In this document: piece by piece, positions 1-15,000 of the stretch
Layout: the number at the start of each line of letters is the position of its first letter
Numbering within the stretch: position 1 is the stretch's first letter
Assembly: GCA_964057225.1 (NCBI GenBank)
Contig: OZ059896.1
Coordinates: 12,152,001-12,216,000 of the forward strand
Length of the DNA: 64,000 nucleotides
Origin: Auanema rhodensis
Taxonomy: Eukaryota; Animalia; Nematoda
Reading direction: 5' to 3'
Notes under the pieces: model-generated
Database searches by the model: none
The model's input: the letters and a program-made list of their open reading frames with translations, nothing else
What the model was told of the DNA's origin: nothing
Translations under genes and position numbers: made by a program

Positions 1-3000
1 TTAATTCCATATTTTAAACAATTTTATATTTCTACCGCTTTTTCATAATTTCATTTTTTAAATTTTTAATCATTAAAAAACATTTAAATTTCAATATTGT
101 GATGCTCAAAAACTGAAACAGTTGAATATTTTGTAATTTCTAAACCATTTTACTCCATCTCTTTCATTTAATTCCATATTTTAAACAATTTTATATTTCT
201 ACCACGAATTCATAACTTCATTTTTTAAATTTTTAATCATTAAAAAACATTTAAATTTCAATATTGTGATGCTCAAAAACTGAAACATTTAAATATTTTG
301 TATTTTCTAAACCATTTCACTCCATCTCTTTCATTTAATTCCATATTTTAAACAATTTTATATTTCTACCACGAATTCATAACTTCATTTTTTAAATTTT
401 TGATCATTAAAAAACATTTAAATTTCAATATTGTGATGCTCAAAAACTGAAACAGTTGAATATTTTGTAATTTCTAAACCATTTTACTCCATCGCTTTTA
501 TTTAATCTCATATTTTAAACAATTTTATATTTCTACCGCTATTTCATAATTTCATTTTTTAAATTTTTAATCATTAAAAAACATTTAAATTTCAATATTG
601 TGATGCTCAAAAACTGAAACAGTTGAATATTTTGTATTTTCTAAACCATTTTACTTCATATCTTTCATTTAATTCCATATTTTAAACAATTTTATATTTC
701 TACCACGAATTCATAACTTCATTTTTTAAATTTTTAATCATTAAAAAACATTTAAATTTCAATATTGTGATGCTCAAAAACTGAAACAGTTGAATATTTT
801 GTATTTTCTAAACCATTTTACTCCATCTATTTTATTTAATCCCACATTTTAAACAATTTTATATTTCTACCGCTGTTTCATAAATTCATTTTTTAAATTT
901 TTAATCATTAAAAAACATATAAATTTCAATATTGTGATGCTCAAAAACTGAAACATTCAAATATTTTGTATTTTCTAAACCATTTCACTCCATCTCTTTC
1001 ATTTAATTCCATATTTTAAACAATTTTATATTTCTACCACGAATTCATAACTTCATTTTTTAAATTTTTAATCATTAAAAAACATTTAAATTTCAATATT
1101 GTGATGCTCAAAAACTGAAACAGTTGAATATTTTGTAATTTCTAAACCATTTTACTCCATCTCTTTCATTTAATTCCATATTTTAAACAATTTTATATTT
1201 CTACTGCTGTTTCATAAATTCATTTTTTAAATTTTTAATCATTAAAAAACATATAAATTTCAATATTGTGATGCTCAAAAACTGAAACATTTAAATATTT
1301 TGTATTTTCTAAACCATTTCACTCCATCTCTTTCATTTAATTCCATATTTTAAACAATTTTATATTTCTACCACGAATTCATAACTTCATTTTTTAAATT
1401 TTTGATCATTAAAAAACATTTAAATTTCAATATTGTGATGCTCAAAAACTGAAACAGTTGAATATTTTGTAATTTCTAAACCATTTTACTCCATCGCTTT
1501 TATTTAATTCCATATTATAAACAATTTTATATTTCTACCACGAATTCATAACTTCATTTTTTAAATTTTTAATCATTAAAAAACATTTAAATTTCAATAT
1601 TGTGATGCTCAAAAACTGAAACATTTAAATATTTTGTATTTTCTAAACCATTTTACTCCATCGCTTTTATTTAATCCCATATTTTAAACAATTTTATATT
1701 TCTACCACGAATTCATAACTTCATTTTTTAAATTTTTGATCATTAAAAAACATTTAAATTTCAATATTGTGATGCTCAAAAACTGAAACAGTTGAATATT
1801 TTGTATTTTCTAAACCATTTTACTCCATCGCTTTTTTATTTCTACCGCTATTTCATAAATTCATTTTTTAAATTTTTAATCATTAAAAAACATATAAATT
1901 TCAATATTGTGATGCTCAAAAACTGAAGCATTTAAATATTTTGTATTTTCTAAACCATTTCACTCCATCTCTTTCATTTAATTCCATATTTTAAACAATT
2001 TTATATTTCTACCACGAATTCATAAATTCATTTTTTAAATTTTTAATCATTAAAAAACATATAAATTTCAATATTGTGATGCTCAAAAACTGAAACATTT
2101 AAATATTTTGTATTTTCTAAACCATTTCACTCCATCTCTTTCATTTAATTCCATATTTTAAACAATTTTATATTTCTACCACGAATTCATAACTTCATTT
2201 TTTAAATTTTTGATCATTAAAAAACATTTAAATTTCAATATTGTGATGCTCAAAAACTGAAACAGTTGAATATTTTGTAATTTCTAAACCATTTTACTCC
2301 ATCGCTTTTATTTAATTCCATATTTTAAACAATTTTATATTTCTACCGCTATTTCATAATTTCATTTTTTAAATTTTTAATCATTAAAAAACATTTAAAT
2401 TTCAATATTGTGATGCTCAAAAACTGAAACATTTAAATATTTTGTATTTTCTAAACCATTTCACTCCATCTCTTTCATTTAATTCCATATTTTAAACAAT
2501 TTTATATTTCTACCACGAATTCATAACTTCATTTTTTAAATTTTTGATCATTAAAAAACATTTAAATTTCAGTGTTGTGATGCTCAAAAACTGAAACAGT
2601 TGAATATTTTGTAATTTCTAAACCATTTTACTCCATCTCTTTCATTTAATTCCATATTTTAAACAATTTTATATTTCTACCACGAATTCATAACTTCATT
2701 TTTTAAATTTTTAATCATTAAAAAACATTTAAATTTCAATATTGTGATGCTCAAAAACTGAAACATTTAAATATTTTGTATTTTCTAAACCATTTCACTC
2801 CATCTCTTTCATTTAATTCCATATTTTAAACAATTTTATATTTCTACCACGAATTCATAACTTCATTTTTAAAATTTTTGATCATTAAAAAACATTTAAA
2901 TTTCAATGTTGTGATGCTCAAAAACTGAAACAGTTGAATATTTTGTAATTTCTAAACCATTTTACTCCATCTCTTTCATTTAATTCCATATTTTAAACAA

Positions 3001-6000
3001 TTTTATATTTCTACCACGAATTCATAACTTCATTTTTTAAATTTTTAATCATTAAAAAACATTTAAATTTCAATATTGTGATGCTCAAAAACTGAAACAG
3101 TTGAATATTTTGTATTTTCTAAACCATTTTACTCCATCTATTTTATTTAATCCCACATTTTAAACAATTTTATATTTCTACCGCTGTTTCATAAATTCAT
3201 TTTTTAAATTTTTGATCATTAAAAAACATTTAAATTTCAATATTGTGATGCTCAAAAACTGAAACATTTAAATATTTTGTATTTTCTAAACCATTTCACT
3301 CCATCTCTTTCATTTAATTCCATATTTTAAACAATTTTATATTTCTACCACGAATTCATAAATTCATTTTTTAAATTTTTAATCATTAAAAAACATTTAA
3401 ATTTCAATATTGTGATGCTCAAAAACTGAAACAGTTGAATATTTTGTATTTTCTAAACCATTTTACTTCATATCTTTCATTTAATTCCATATTTTAAACA
3501 ATTTTATATTTCTACCACGAATTCATAACTTCATTTTTTAAATTTTTAATCATTAAAAAACATTTAAATTTCAATATTGTGATGCTCAAAAACTGAAACA
3601 GTTGAATATTTTGTATTTTCTAAACCATTTTACTCCATCTATTTTATTTAATCCCACATTTTAAACAATTTTATATTTCTACCGCTGTTTCATAAATTCA
3701 TTTTTTAAATTTTTAATCATTAAAAAACATATAAATTTCAATATTGTGATGCTCAAAAACTGAAACATTCAAATATTTTGTATTTTCTAAACCATTTCAC
3801 TCCATCTCTTTCATTTAATTCCATATTTTAAACAATTTTATATTTCTACCACGAATTCATAACTTCATTTTTTAAATTTTTAATCATTAAAAAACATTTA
3901 AATTTCAATATTGTGATGCTCAAAAACTGAAACAGTTGAATATTTTGTAATTTCTAAACCATTTTACTCCATCTCTTTCATTTAATTCCATATTTTAAAC
4001 AATTTTATATTTCTACTGCTGTTTCATAAATTCATTTTTTAAATTTTTAATCATTAAAAAACATATAAATTTCAATATTGTGATGCTCAAAAACTGAAAC
4101 ATTTAAATATTTTGTATTTTCTAAACCATTTCACTCCATCTCTTTCATTTAATTCCATATTTTAAACAATTTTATATTTCTACCACGAATTCATAACTTC
4201 ATTTTTTAAATTTTTGATCATTAAAAAACATTTAAATTTCAATATTGTGATGCTCAAAAACTGAAACAGTTGAATATTTTGTAATTTCTAAACCATTTTA
4301 CTCCATCGCTTTTATTTAATTCCATATTATAAACAATTTTATATTTCTACCACGAATTCATAACTTCATTTTTTAAATTTTTAATCATTAAAAAACATTT
4401 AAATTTCAATATTGTGATGCTCAAAAACTGAAACATTTAAATATTTTGTATTTTCTAAACCATTTTACTCCATCGCATTTATTTAATCCCATATTTTAAA
4501 CAATTTTATATTTCTACCACGAATTCATAACTTCATTTTTTAAATTTTTGATCATTAAAAAACATTTAAATTTCAATATTGTGATGCTCAAAAACTGAAA
4601 CAGTTGAATATTTTGTATTTTCTAAACCATTTTACTCCATCGCTTTTTTATTTCTACCGCTATTTCATAAATTCATTTTTTAAATTTTTAATCATTAAAA
4701 AACATATAAATTTCAATATTGTGATGCTCAAAAACTGAAGCATTTAAATATTTTGTATTTTCTAAACCATTTCACTCCATCTCTTTCATTTAATTCCATA
4801 TTTTAAACAATTTTATATTTCTACCACGAATTCATAAATTCATTTTTTAAATTTTTAATCATTAAAAAACATATAAATTTCAATATTGTGATGCTCAAAA
4901 ACTGAAACATTTAAATATTTTGTATTTTCTAAACCATTTCACTCCATCTCTTTCATTTAATTCCATATTTTAAACAATTTTATATTTCTACCACGAATTC
5001 ATAACTTCATTTTTTAAATTTTTGATCATTAAAAAACATTTAAATTTCAATATTGTGATGCTCAAAAACTGAAACAGTTGAATATTTTGTAATTTCTAAA
5101 CCATTTTACTCCATCGCTTTTATTTAATTCCATATTTTAAACAATTTTATATTTCTACCGCTATTTCATAATTTCATTTTTTAAATTTTTAATCATTAAA
5201 AAACATTTAAATTTCAATATTGTGATGCTCAAAAACTGAAACATTTAAATATTTTGTATTTTCTAAACCATTTCACTCCATCTCTTTCATTTAATTCCAT
5301 ATTTTAAACAATTTTATATTTCTACCACGAATTCATAACTTCATTTTTTAAATTTTTGATCATTAAAAAACATTTAAATTTCAGTGTTGTGATGCTCAAA
5401 AACTGAAACAGTTGAATATTTTGTAATTTCTAAACCATTTTACTCCATCTCTTTCATTTAATTCCATATTTTAAACAATTTTATATTTCTACCACGAATT
5501 CATAACTTCATTTTTTAAATTTTTAATCATTAAAAAACATTTAAATTTCAATATTGTGATGCTCAAAAACTGAAACATTTAAATATTTTGTATTTTCTAA
5601 ACCATTTCACTCCATCTCTTTCATTTAATTCCATATTTTAAACAATTTTATATTTCTACCACGAATTCATAACTTCATTTTTAAAATTTTTGATCATTAA
5701 AAAACATTTAAATTTCAATGTTGTGATGCTCAAAAACTGAAACAGTTGAATATTTTGTATTTTCTAAACCATTTTACTCCATCTCTTTCATTTAATTCCA
5801 TATTTTAAACAATTTTATATTTCTACCGCTGTTTCATAAATTCATTTTTTAAATTTTTGATCATTAAAAAACATTTAAATTTCAATATTGTGATGCTCAA
5901 AAACTGAAACATTTAAATATTTTGTATTTTCTAAACCATTTCACTCCATCTCTTTCATTTAATTCCATATTTTAAACAATTTTATATTTCTACCACGAAT

Positions 6001-9000
6001 TCATAAATTCATTTTTTAAATTTTTAATCATTAAAAAACATATAAATTTCAATATTGTGATGCTCAAAAACTGAAACATTTAAATATTTTGTATTTTCTA
6101 AACCATTTCACTCCATCTCTTTCATTTAATTCCATATTTTAAACAATTTTATATTTCTACCACGAATTCATAACTTCATTTTTTAAATTTTTGATCATTA
6201 AAAAACATTTAAATTTCAATATTGTGATGCTCAAAAACTGAAACAGTTGAATATTTTGTAATTTCTAAACCATTTTACTCCATCGCTTTTATTTAATTCC
6301 ATATTTTAAACAATTTTATATTTCTACCGCTATTTCATAATTTCATTTTTTAAATTTTTAATCATTAAAAAACATTTAAATTTCAATATTGTGATGCTCA
6401 AAAACTGAAACATTTAAATATTTTGTATTTTCTAAACCATTTCACTCCATCTCTTTCATTTAATTCCATATTTTAAACAATTTTATATTTCTACCACGAA
6501 TTCATAACTTCATTTTTTAAATTTTTGATCATTAAAAAACATTTAAATTTCAATGTTGTGATGCTCAAAAACTGAAACAGTTGAATATTTTGTAATTTCT
6601 AAACCATTTTACTCCATCTCTTTCATTTAATTCCATATTTTAAACAATTTTATATTTCTACCACGAATTCATAACTTCATTTTTTAAATTTTTAATCATT
6701 AAAAAACATTTAAATTTCAATATTGTGATGCTCAAAAACTGAAACATTTAAATATTTTGTATTTTCTAAACCATTTCACTCCATCTCTTTCATTTAATTC
6801 CATATTTTAAACAATTTTATATTTCTACCACGAATTCATAACTTCATTTTTTAAATTTTTGATCATTAAAAAACATTTAAATTTCAATATTGTGATGCTC
6901 AAAAACTGAAACAGTTGAATATTTTGTAATTTCTAAACCATTTTACTCCATCGCTTTTATTTAATCCCATATTTTAAACAATTTTATATTTCTACCGCTA
7001 TTTCATAATTTCATTTTTTAAATTTTTAATCATTAAAAAACATTTAAATTTCAATATTGTGATGCTCAAAAACTGAAACATTTAAATATTTTGTATTTTC
7101 TAAACCATTTCACTCCATCTCTTTCATTTAATTCCATATTTTAAACAATTTTATATTTCTACCACGAATTCATAACTTCATTTTTTAAATTTTTGATCAT
7201 TAAAAAACATTTAAATTTCAATATTGTGATGCTCAAAAACTGAAACAGTTGAATATTTTGTAATTTCTAAACCATTTTACTCCATCGCTTTTATTTAATC
7301 CCATATTTTAAACAATTTTATATTTCTACCACGAATTCATAACTTCATTTTTTAAATTTTTGATCATTAAAAAACATTTAAATTTCAATATTGTGATGCT
7401 CAAAAACTGAAACAGTTGAATATTTTGTAATTTCTAAACCATTTTACTCCATCGCTTTTATTTAATTCCATATTTTAAACAATTTTATATTTCTACCGCT
7501 ATTTCATAATTTCATTTTTTAAATTTTTAATCATTAAAAAACATTTAAATTTCAATATTGTGATGCTCAAAAACTGAAACAGTTGAATATTTTGTAATTT
7601 CTAAACCATTTTACTCCATCTCTTTCATTTAATTCCATATTTTAAACAATTTTATATTTCTACCACGAATTCATAACTTCATTTTTTAAATTTTTAATCA
7701 TTAAAAAACATTTAAATTTCAATATTGTGATGCTCAAAAACTGAAACATTTAAATATTTTGTATTTTCTAAACCATTTCACTCCATCTCTTTCATTTAAT
7801 TCCATATTTTAAACAATTTTATATTTCTACCACGAATTCATAACTTCATTTTTAAAATTTTTGATCATTAAAAAACATTTAAATTTCAATGTTGTGATGC
7901 TCAAAAACTGAAACAGTTGAATATTTTGTAATTTCTAAACCATTTTACTCCATCTCTTTCATTTAATTCCATATTTTAAACAATTTTATATTTCTACCAC
8001 GAATTCATAACTTCATTTTTTAAATTTTTAATCATTAAAAAACATTTAAATTTCAATATTGTGATGCTCAAAAACTGAAACAGTTGAATATTTTGTATTT
8101 TCTAAACCATTTTACTCCATCTATTTTATTTAATCCCACATTTTAAACAATTTTATATTTCTACCGCTGTTTCATAAATTCATTTTTTAAATTTTTGATC
8201 ATTAAAAAACATTTAAATTTCAATATTGTGATGCTCAAAAACTGAAACATTTAAATATTTTGTATTTTCTAAACCATTTCACTCCATCTCTTTCATTTAA
8301 TTCCATATTTTAAACAATTTTATATTTCTACCACGAATTCATAAATTCATTTTTTAAATTTTTAATCATTAAAAAACATATAAATTTCAATATTGTGATG
8401 CTCAAAAACTGAAACATTTAAATATTTTGTATTTTCTAAACCATTTCACTCCATCTCTTTCATTTAATTCCATATTTTAAACAATTTTATATTTCTACCA
8501 CGAATTCATAACTTCATTTTTTAAATTTTTGATCATTAAAAAACATTTAAATTTCAATATTGTGATGCTCAAAAACTGAAACAGTTGAATATTTTGTAAT
8601 TTCTAAACCATTTTACTCCATCGCTTTTATTTAATTCCATATTTTAAACAATTTTATATTTCTACCACGAATTCATAACTTCATTTTTTAAATTTTTGAT
8701 CATTAAAAAACATTTAAATTTCAATATTGTGATGCTCAAAAACTGAAACAGTTGAATATTTTGTATTTTCTAAACCATTTTACTCCATCGCTTTTATATT
8801 TCTACCGCTATTTCATAAATTCATTTTTTAAATTTTTAATCATTAAAAAACATTTAAATTTCAATATTGTGATGCTCAAAAACTGAAACAGTTGAATATT
8901 TTGTAATTTCTAAACCATTTTACTCCATCGCTTTTATTTAATTCCATATTTTAAACAATTTTATATTTCTACCGCTATTTCATAATTTCATTTTTTAAAT

Positions 9001-12000
9001 TTTTAATCATTAAAAAACATTTAAATTTCAATATTGTGATGCTCAAAAACTGAAACATTTAAATATTTTGTATTTTCTAAACCATTTCACTCCATCTCTT
9101 TCATTTAATTCCATATTTTAAACAATTTTATATTTCTACCACAAATTCATAACTTCATTTTTTAAATTTTTGATCATTAAAAAACATTTAAATTTCAATG
9201 TTGTGATGCTCAAAAACTGAAACAGTTGAATATTTTGTAATTTCTAAACCATTTTACTCCATCGCTTTTATTTAATTCCATATTTTAAACAATTTTATAT
9301 TTCTACCGCTATTTCATAATTTCATTTTTTAAATTTTTAATCATTAAAAAACATTTAAATTTCAATATTGTGATGCTCAAAAACTGAAACATTTAAATAT
9401 TTTGTATTTTCTAAACCATTTCACTCCATCTCTTTCATTTAATTCCATATTTTAAACAATTTTATATTTCTACCACGAATTCATAACTTCATTTTTAAAA
9501 TTTTTGATCATTAAAAAACATTTAAATTTCAATGTTGTGATGCTCAAAAACTGAAACAGTTGAATATTTTGTAATTTCTAAACCATTTTACTCCATCTCT
9601 TTCATTTAATTCCATATTTTAAACAATTTTATATTTCTACCACGAATTCATAACTTCATTTTTTAAATTTTTAATCATTAAAAAACATTTAAATTTCAAT
9701 ATTGTGATGCTCAAAAACTGAAACAGTTGAATATTTTGTATTTTCTAAACCATTTTACTCCATCTATTTTATTTAATCCCACATTTTAAACAATTTTATA
9801 TTTCTACCGCTGTTTCATAAATTCATTTTTTAAATTTTTGATCATTAAAAAACATTTAAATTTCAATATTGTGATGCTCAAAAACTGAAACATTTAAATA
9901 TTTTGTATTTTCTAAACCATTTCACTCCATCTCTTTCATTTAATTCCATATTTTAAACAATTTTATATTTCTACCACGAATTCATAAATTCATTTTTTAA
10001 ATTTTTAATCATTAAAAAACATATAAATTTCAATATTGTGATGCTCAAAAACTGAAACATTTAAATATTTTGTATTTTCTAAACCATTTCACTCCATCTC
10101 TTTCATTTAATTCCATATTTTAAACAATTTTATATTTCTACCACGAATTCATAACTTCATTTTTTAAATTTTTGATCATTAAAAAACATTTAAATTTCAA
10201 TATTGTGATGCTCAAAAACTGAAACAGTTGAATATTTTGTAATTTCTAAACCATTTTACTCCATCGCTTTTATTTAATTCCATATTTTAAACAATTTTAT
10301 ATTTCTACCACGAATTCATAACTTCATTTTTTAAATTTTTGATCATTAAAAAACATTTAAATTTCAATATTGTGATGCTCAAAAACTGAAACAGTTGAAT
10401 ATTTTGTATTTTCTAAACCATTTTACTCCATCGCTTTTATATTTCTACCGCTATTTCATAAATTCATTTTTTAAATTTTTAATCATTAAAAAACATTTAA
10501 ATTTCAATATTGTGATGCTCAAAAACTGAAACAGTTGAATATTTTGTAATTTCTAAACCATTTTACTCCATCGCTTTTATTTAATTCCATATTTTAAACA
10601 ATTTTATATTTCTACCGCTATTTCATAATTTCATTTTTTAAATTTTTAATCATTAAAAAACATTTAAATTTCAATATTGTGATGCTCAAAAACTGAAACA
10701 TTTAAATATTTTGTATTTTCTAAACCATTTCACTCCATCTCTTTCATTTAATTCCATATTTTAAACAATTTTATATTTCTACCACAAATTCATAACTTCA
10801 TTTTTTAAATTTTTGATCATTAAAAAACATTTAAATTTCAATGTTGTGATGCTCAAAAACTGAAACAGTTGAATATTTTGTAATTTCTGAACCATTTTAC
10901 TCCATCGCTTTTATTTAATTCCATATTTTAAACAATTTTATATTTCTACCGCTATTTCATAATTTCATTTTTTAAATTTTTAATCATTAAAAAACATTTA
11001 AATTTCAATATTGTGATGCTCAAAAACTGAAACATTTAAATATTTTGTATTTTCTAAACCATTTCACTCCATCTCTTTCATTTAATTCCATATTTTAAAC
11101 AATTTTATATTTCTACCACGAATTCATAACTTCATTTTTAAAATTTTTGATCATTAAAAAACATTTAAATTTCAATGTTGTGATGCTCAAAAACTGAAAC
11201 AGTTGAATATTTTGTAATTTCTAAACCATTTTACTCCATCTCTTTCATTTAATTCCATATTTTAAACAATTTTATATTTCTACCACGAATTCATAACTTC
11301 ATTTTTTAAATTTTTAATCATTAAAAAACATTTAAATTTCAATATTGTGATGCTCAAAAACTGAAACAGTTGAATATTTTGTATTTTCTAAACCATTTTA
11401 CTCCATCTATTTTATTTAATCCCACATTTTAAACAATTTTATATTTCTACCGCTGTTTCATAAATTCATTTTTTAAATTTTTGATCATTAAAAAACATTT
11501 AAATTTCAATATTGTGATGCTCAAAAACTGAAACATTTAAATATTTTGTATTTTCTAAACCATTTCACTCCATCTCTTTCATTTAATTCCATATTTTAAA
11601 CAATTTTATATTTCTACCACGAATTCATAAATTCATTTTTTAAATTTTTAATCATTAAAAAACATATAAATTTCAATATTGTGATGCTCAAAAACTGAAA
11701 CATTTAAATATTTTGTATTTTCTAAACCATTTCACTCCATCTCTTTCATTTAATTCCATATTTTAAACAATTTTATATTTCTACCACGAATTCATAACTT
11801 CATTTTTTAAATTTTTGATCATTAAAAAACATTTAAATTTCAATATTGTGATGCTCAAAAACTGAAACAGTTGAATATTTTGTAATTTCTAAACCATTTT
11901 ACTCCATCGCTTTTATTTAATTCCATATTTTAAACAATTTTATATTTCTACCGCTATTTCATAATTTCATTTTTTAAATTTTTAATCATTAAAAAACATT

Positions 12001-15000
12001 TAAATTTCAATATTGTGATGCTCAAAAACTGAAACATTTAAATATTTTGTATTTTCTAAACCATTTCACTCCATCTCTTTCATTTAATTCCATATTTTAA
12101 ACAATTTTATATTTCTACCACGAATTCATAACTTCATTTTTTAAATTTTTGATCATTAAAAAACATTTAAATTTCAATGTTGTGATGCTCAAAAACTGAA
12201 ACAGTTGAATATTTTGTAATTTCTAAACCATTTTACTCCATCTCTTTCATTTAATTCCATATTTTAAACAATTTTATATTTCTACCACGAATTCATAACT
12301 TCATTTTTTAAATTTTTAATCATTAAAAAACATTTAAATTTCAATATTGTGATGCTCAAAAACTGAAACATTTAAATATTTTGTATTTTCTAAACCATTT
12401 CACTCCATCTCTTTCATTTAATTCCATATTTTAAACAATTTTATATTTCTACCACGAATTCATAACTTCATTTTTTAAATTTTTGATCATTAAAAAACAT
12501 TTAAATTTCAATATTGTGATGCTCAAAAACTGAAACAGTTGAATATTTTGTAATTTCTAAACCATTTTACTCCATCGCTTTTATTTAATTCCATATTTTA
12601 AACAATTTTATATTTCTACCGCTATTTCATAATTTCATTTTTTAAATTTTTAATCATTAAAAAACATTTAAATTTCAATATTGTGATGCTCAAAAACTGA
12701 AACATTTAAATATTTTGTATTTTCTAAACCATTTCACTCCATCTCTTTCATTTAATTCCATATTTTAAACAATTTTATATTTCTACCACGAATTCATAAC
12801 TTCATTTTTAAAATTTTTGATCATTAAAAAACATTTAAATTTCAATGTTGTGATGCTCAAAAACTGAAACAGTTGAATATTTTGTAATTTCTAAACCATT
12901 TTACTCCATCTCTTTCATTTAATTCCATATTTTAAACAATTTTATATTTCTACCACGAATTCATAACTTCATTTTTTAAATTTTTAATCATTAAAAAACA
13001 TTTAAATTTCAATATTGTGATGCTCAAAAACTGAAACAGTTGAATATTTTGTATTTTCTAAACCATTTTACTCCATCTATTTTATTTAATCCCACATTTT
13101 AAACAATTTTATATTTCTACCGCTGTTTCATAAATTCATTTTTTAAATTTTTGATCATTAAAAAACATTTAAATTTCAATATTGTGATGCTCAAAAACTG
13201 AAACATTTAAATATTTTGTATTTTCTAAACCATTTCACTCCATCTCTTTCATTTAATTCCATATTTTAAACAATTTTATATTTCTACCACGAATTCATAA
13301 ATTCATTTTTTAAATTTTTAATCATTAAAAAACATATAAATTTCAATATTGTGATGCTCAAAAACTGAAACATTTAAATATTTTGTATTTTCTAAACCAT
13401 TTCACTCCATCTCTTTCATTTAATTCCATATTTTAAACAATTTTATATTTCTACCACGAATTCATAACTTCATTTTTTAAATTTTTGATCATTAAAAAAC
13501 ATTTAAATTTCAATATTGTGATGCTCAAAAACTGAAACAGTTGAATATTTTGTAATTTCTAAACCATTTTACTCCATCGCTTTTATTTAATTCCATATTT
13601 TAAACAATTTTATATTTCTACCGCTATTTCATAATTTCATTTTTTAAATTTTTAATCATTAAAAAACATTTAAATTTCAATATTGTGATGCTCAAAAACT
13701 GAAACATTTAAATATTTTGTATTTTCTAAACCATTTCACTCCATCTCTTTCATTTAATTCCATATTTTAAACAATTTTATATTTCTACCACGAATTCATA
13801 ACTTCATTTTTTAAATTTTTGATCATTAAAAAACATTTAAATTTCAATGTTGTGATGCTCAAAAACTGAAACAGTTGAATATTTTGTAATTTCTAAACCA
13901 TTTTACTCCATCTCTTTCATTTAATTCCATATTTTAAACAATTTTATATTTCTACCACGAATTCATAACTTCATTTTTTAAATTTTTAATCATTAAAAAA
14001 CATTTAAATTTCAATATTGTGATGCTCAAAAACTGAAACATTTAAATATTTTGTATTTTCTAAACCATTTCACTCCATCTCTTTCATTTAATTCCATATT
14101 TTAAACAATTTTATATTTCTACCACGAATTCATAACTTCATTTTTTAAATTTTTGATCATTAAAAAACATTTAAATTTCAATATTGTGATGCTCAAAAAC
14201 TGAAACAGTTGAATATTTTGTAATTTCTAAACCATTTTACTCCATCGCTTTTATTTAATCCCATATTTTAAACAATTTTATATTTCTACCGCTATTTCAT
14301 AATTTCATTTTTTAAATTTTTAATCATTAAAAAACATTTAAATTTCAATATTGTGATGCTCAAAAACTGAAACATTTAAATATTTTGTATTTTCTAAACC
14401 ATTTCACTCCATCTCTTTCATTTAATTCCATATTTTAAACAATTTTATATTTCTACCACGAATTCATAACTTCATTTTTTAAATTTTTGATCATTAAAAA
14501 ACATTTAAATTTCAATATTGTGATGCTCAAAAACTGAAACAGTTGAATATTTTGTAATTTCTAAACCATTTTACTCCATCGCTTTTATTTAATCCCATAT
14601 TTTAAACAATTTTATATTTCTACCACGAATTCATAACTTCATTTTTTAAATTTTTGATCATTAAAAAACATTTAAATTTCAATATTGTGATGCTCAAAAA
14701 CTGAAACAGTTGAATATTTTGTAATTTCTAAACCATTTTACTCCATCGCTTTTATTTAATTCCATATTTTAAACAATTTTATATTTCTACCGCTATTTCA
14801 TAATTTCATTTTTTAAATTTTTAATCATTAAAAAACATTTAAATTTCAATATTGTGATGCTCAAAAACTGAAACAGTTGAATATTTTGTAATTTCTAAAC
14901 CATTTTACTCCATCTCTTTCATTTAATTCCATATTTTAAACAATTTTATATTTCTACCACGAATTTATAACTTCATTTTTTAAATTTTTAATCATTAAAA

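Noticed and set aside
1-167. Regular internal sub-repeat within the monomer (AAACA/AAACC-ATTT motifs)
   Set aside because: The motifs recur at irregular spacing (about 62, 38, 26 and 41 bp) in very low-complexity AT-rich sequence, so a sub-period cannot be supported by eye.
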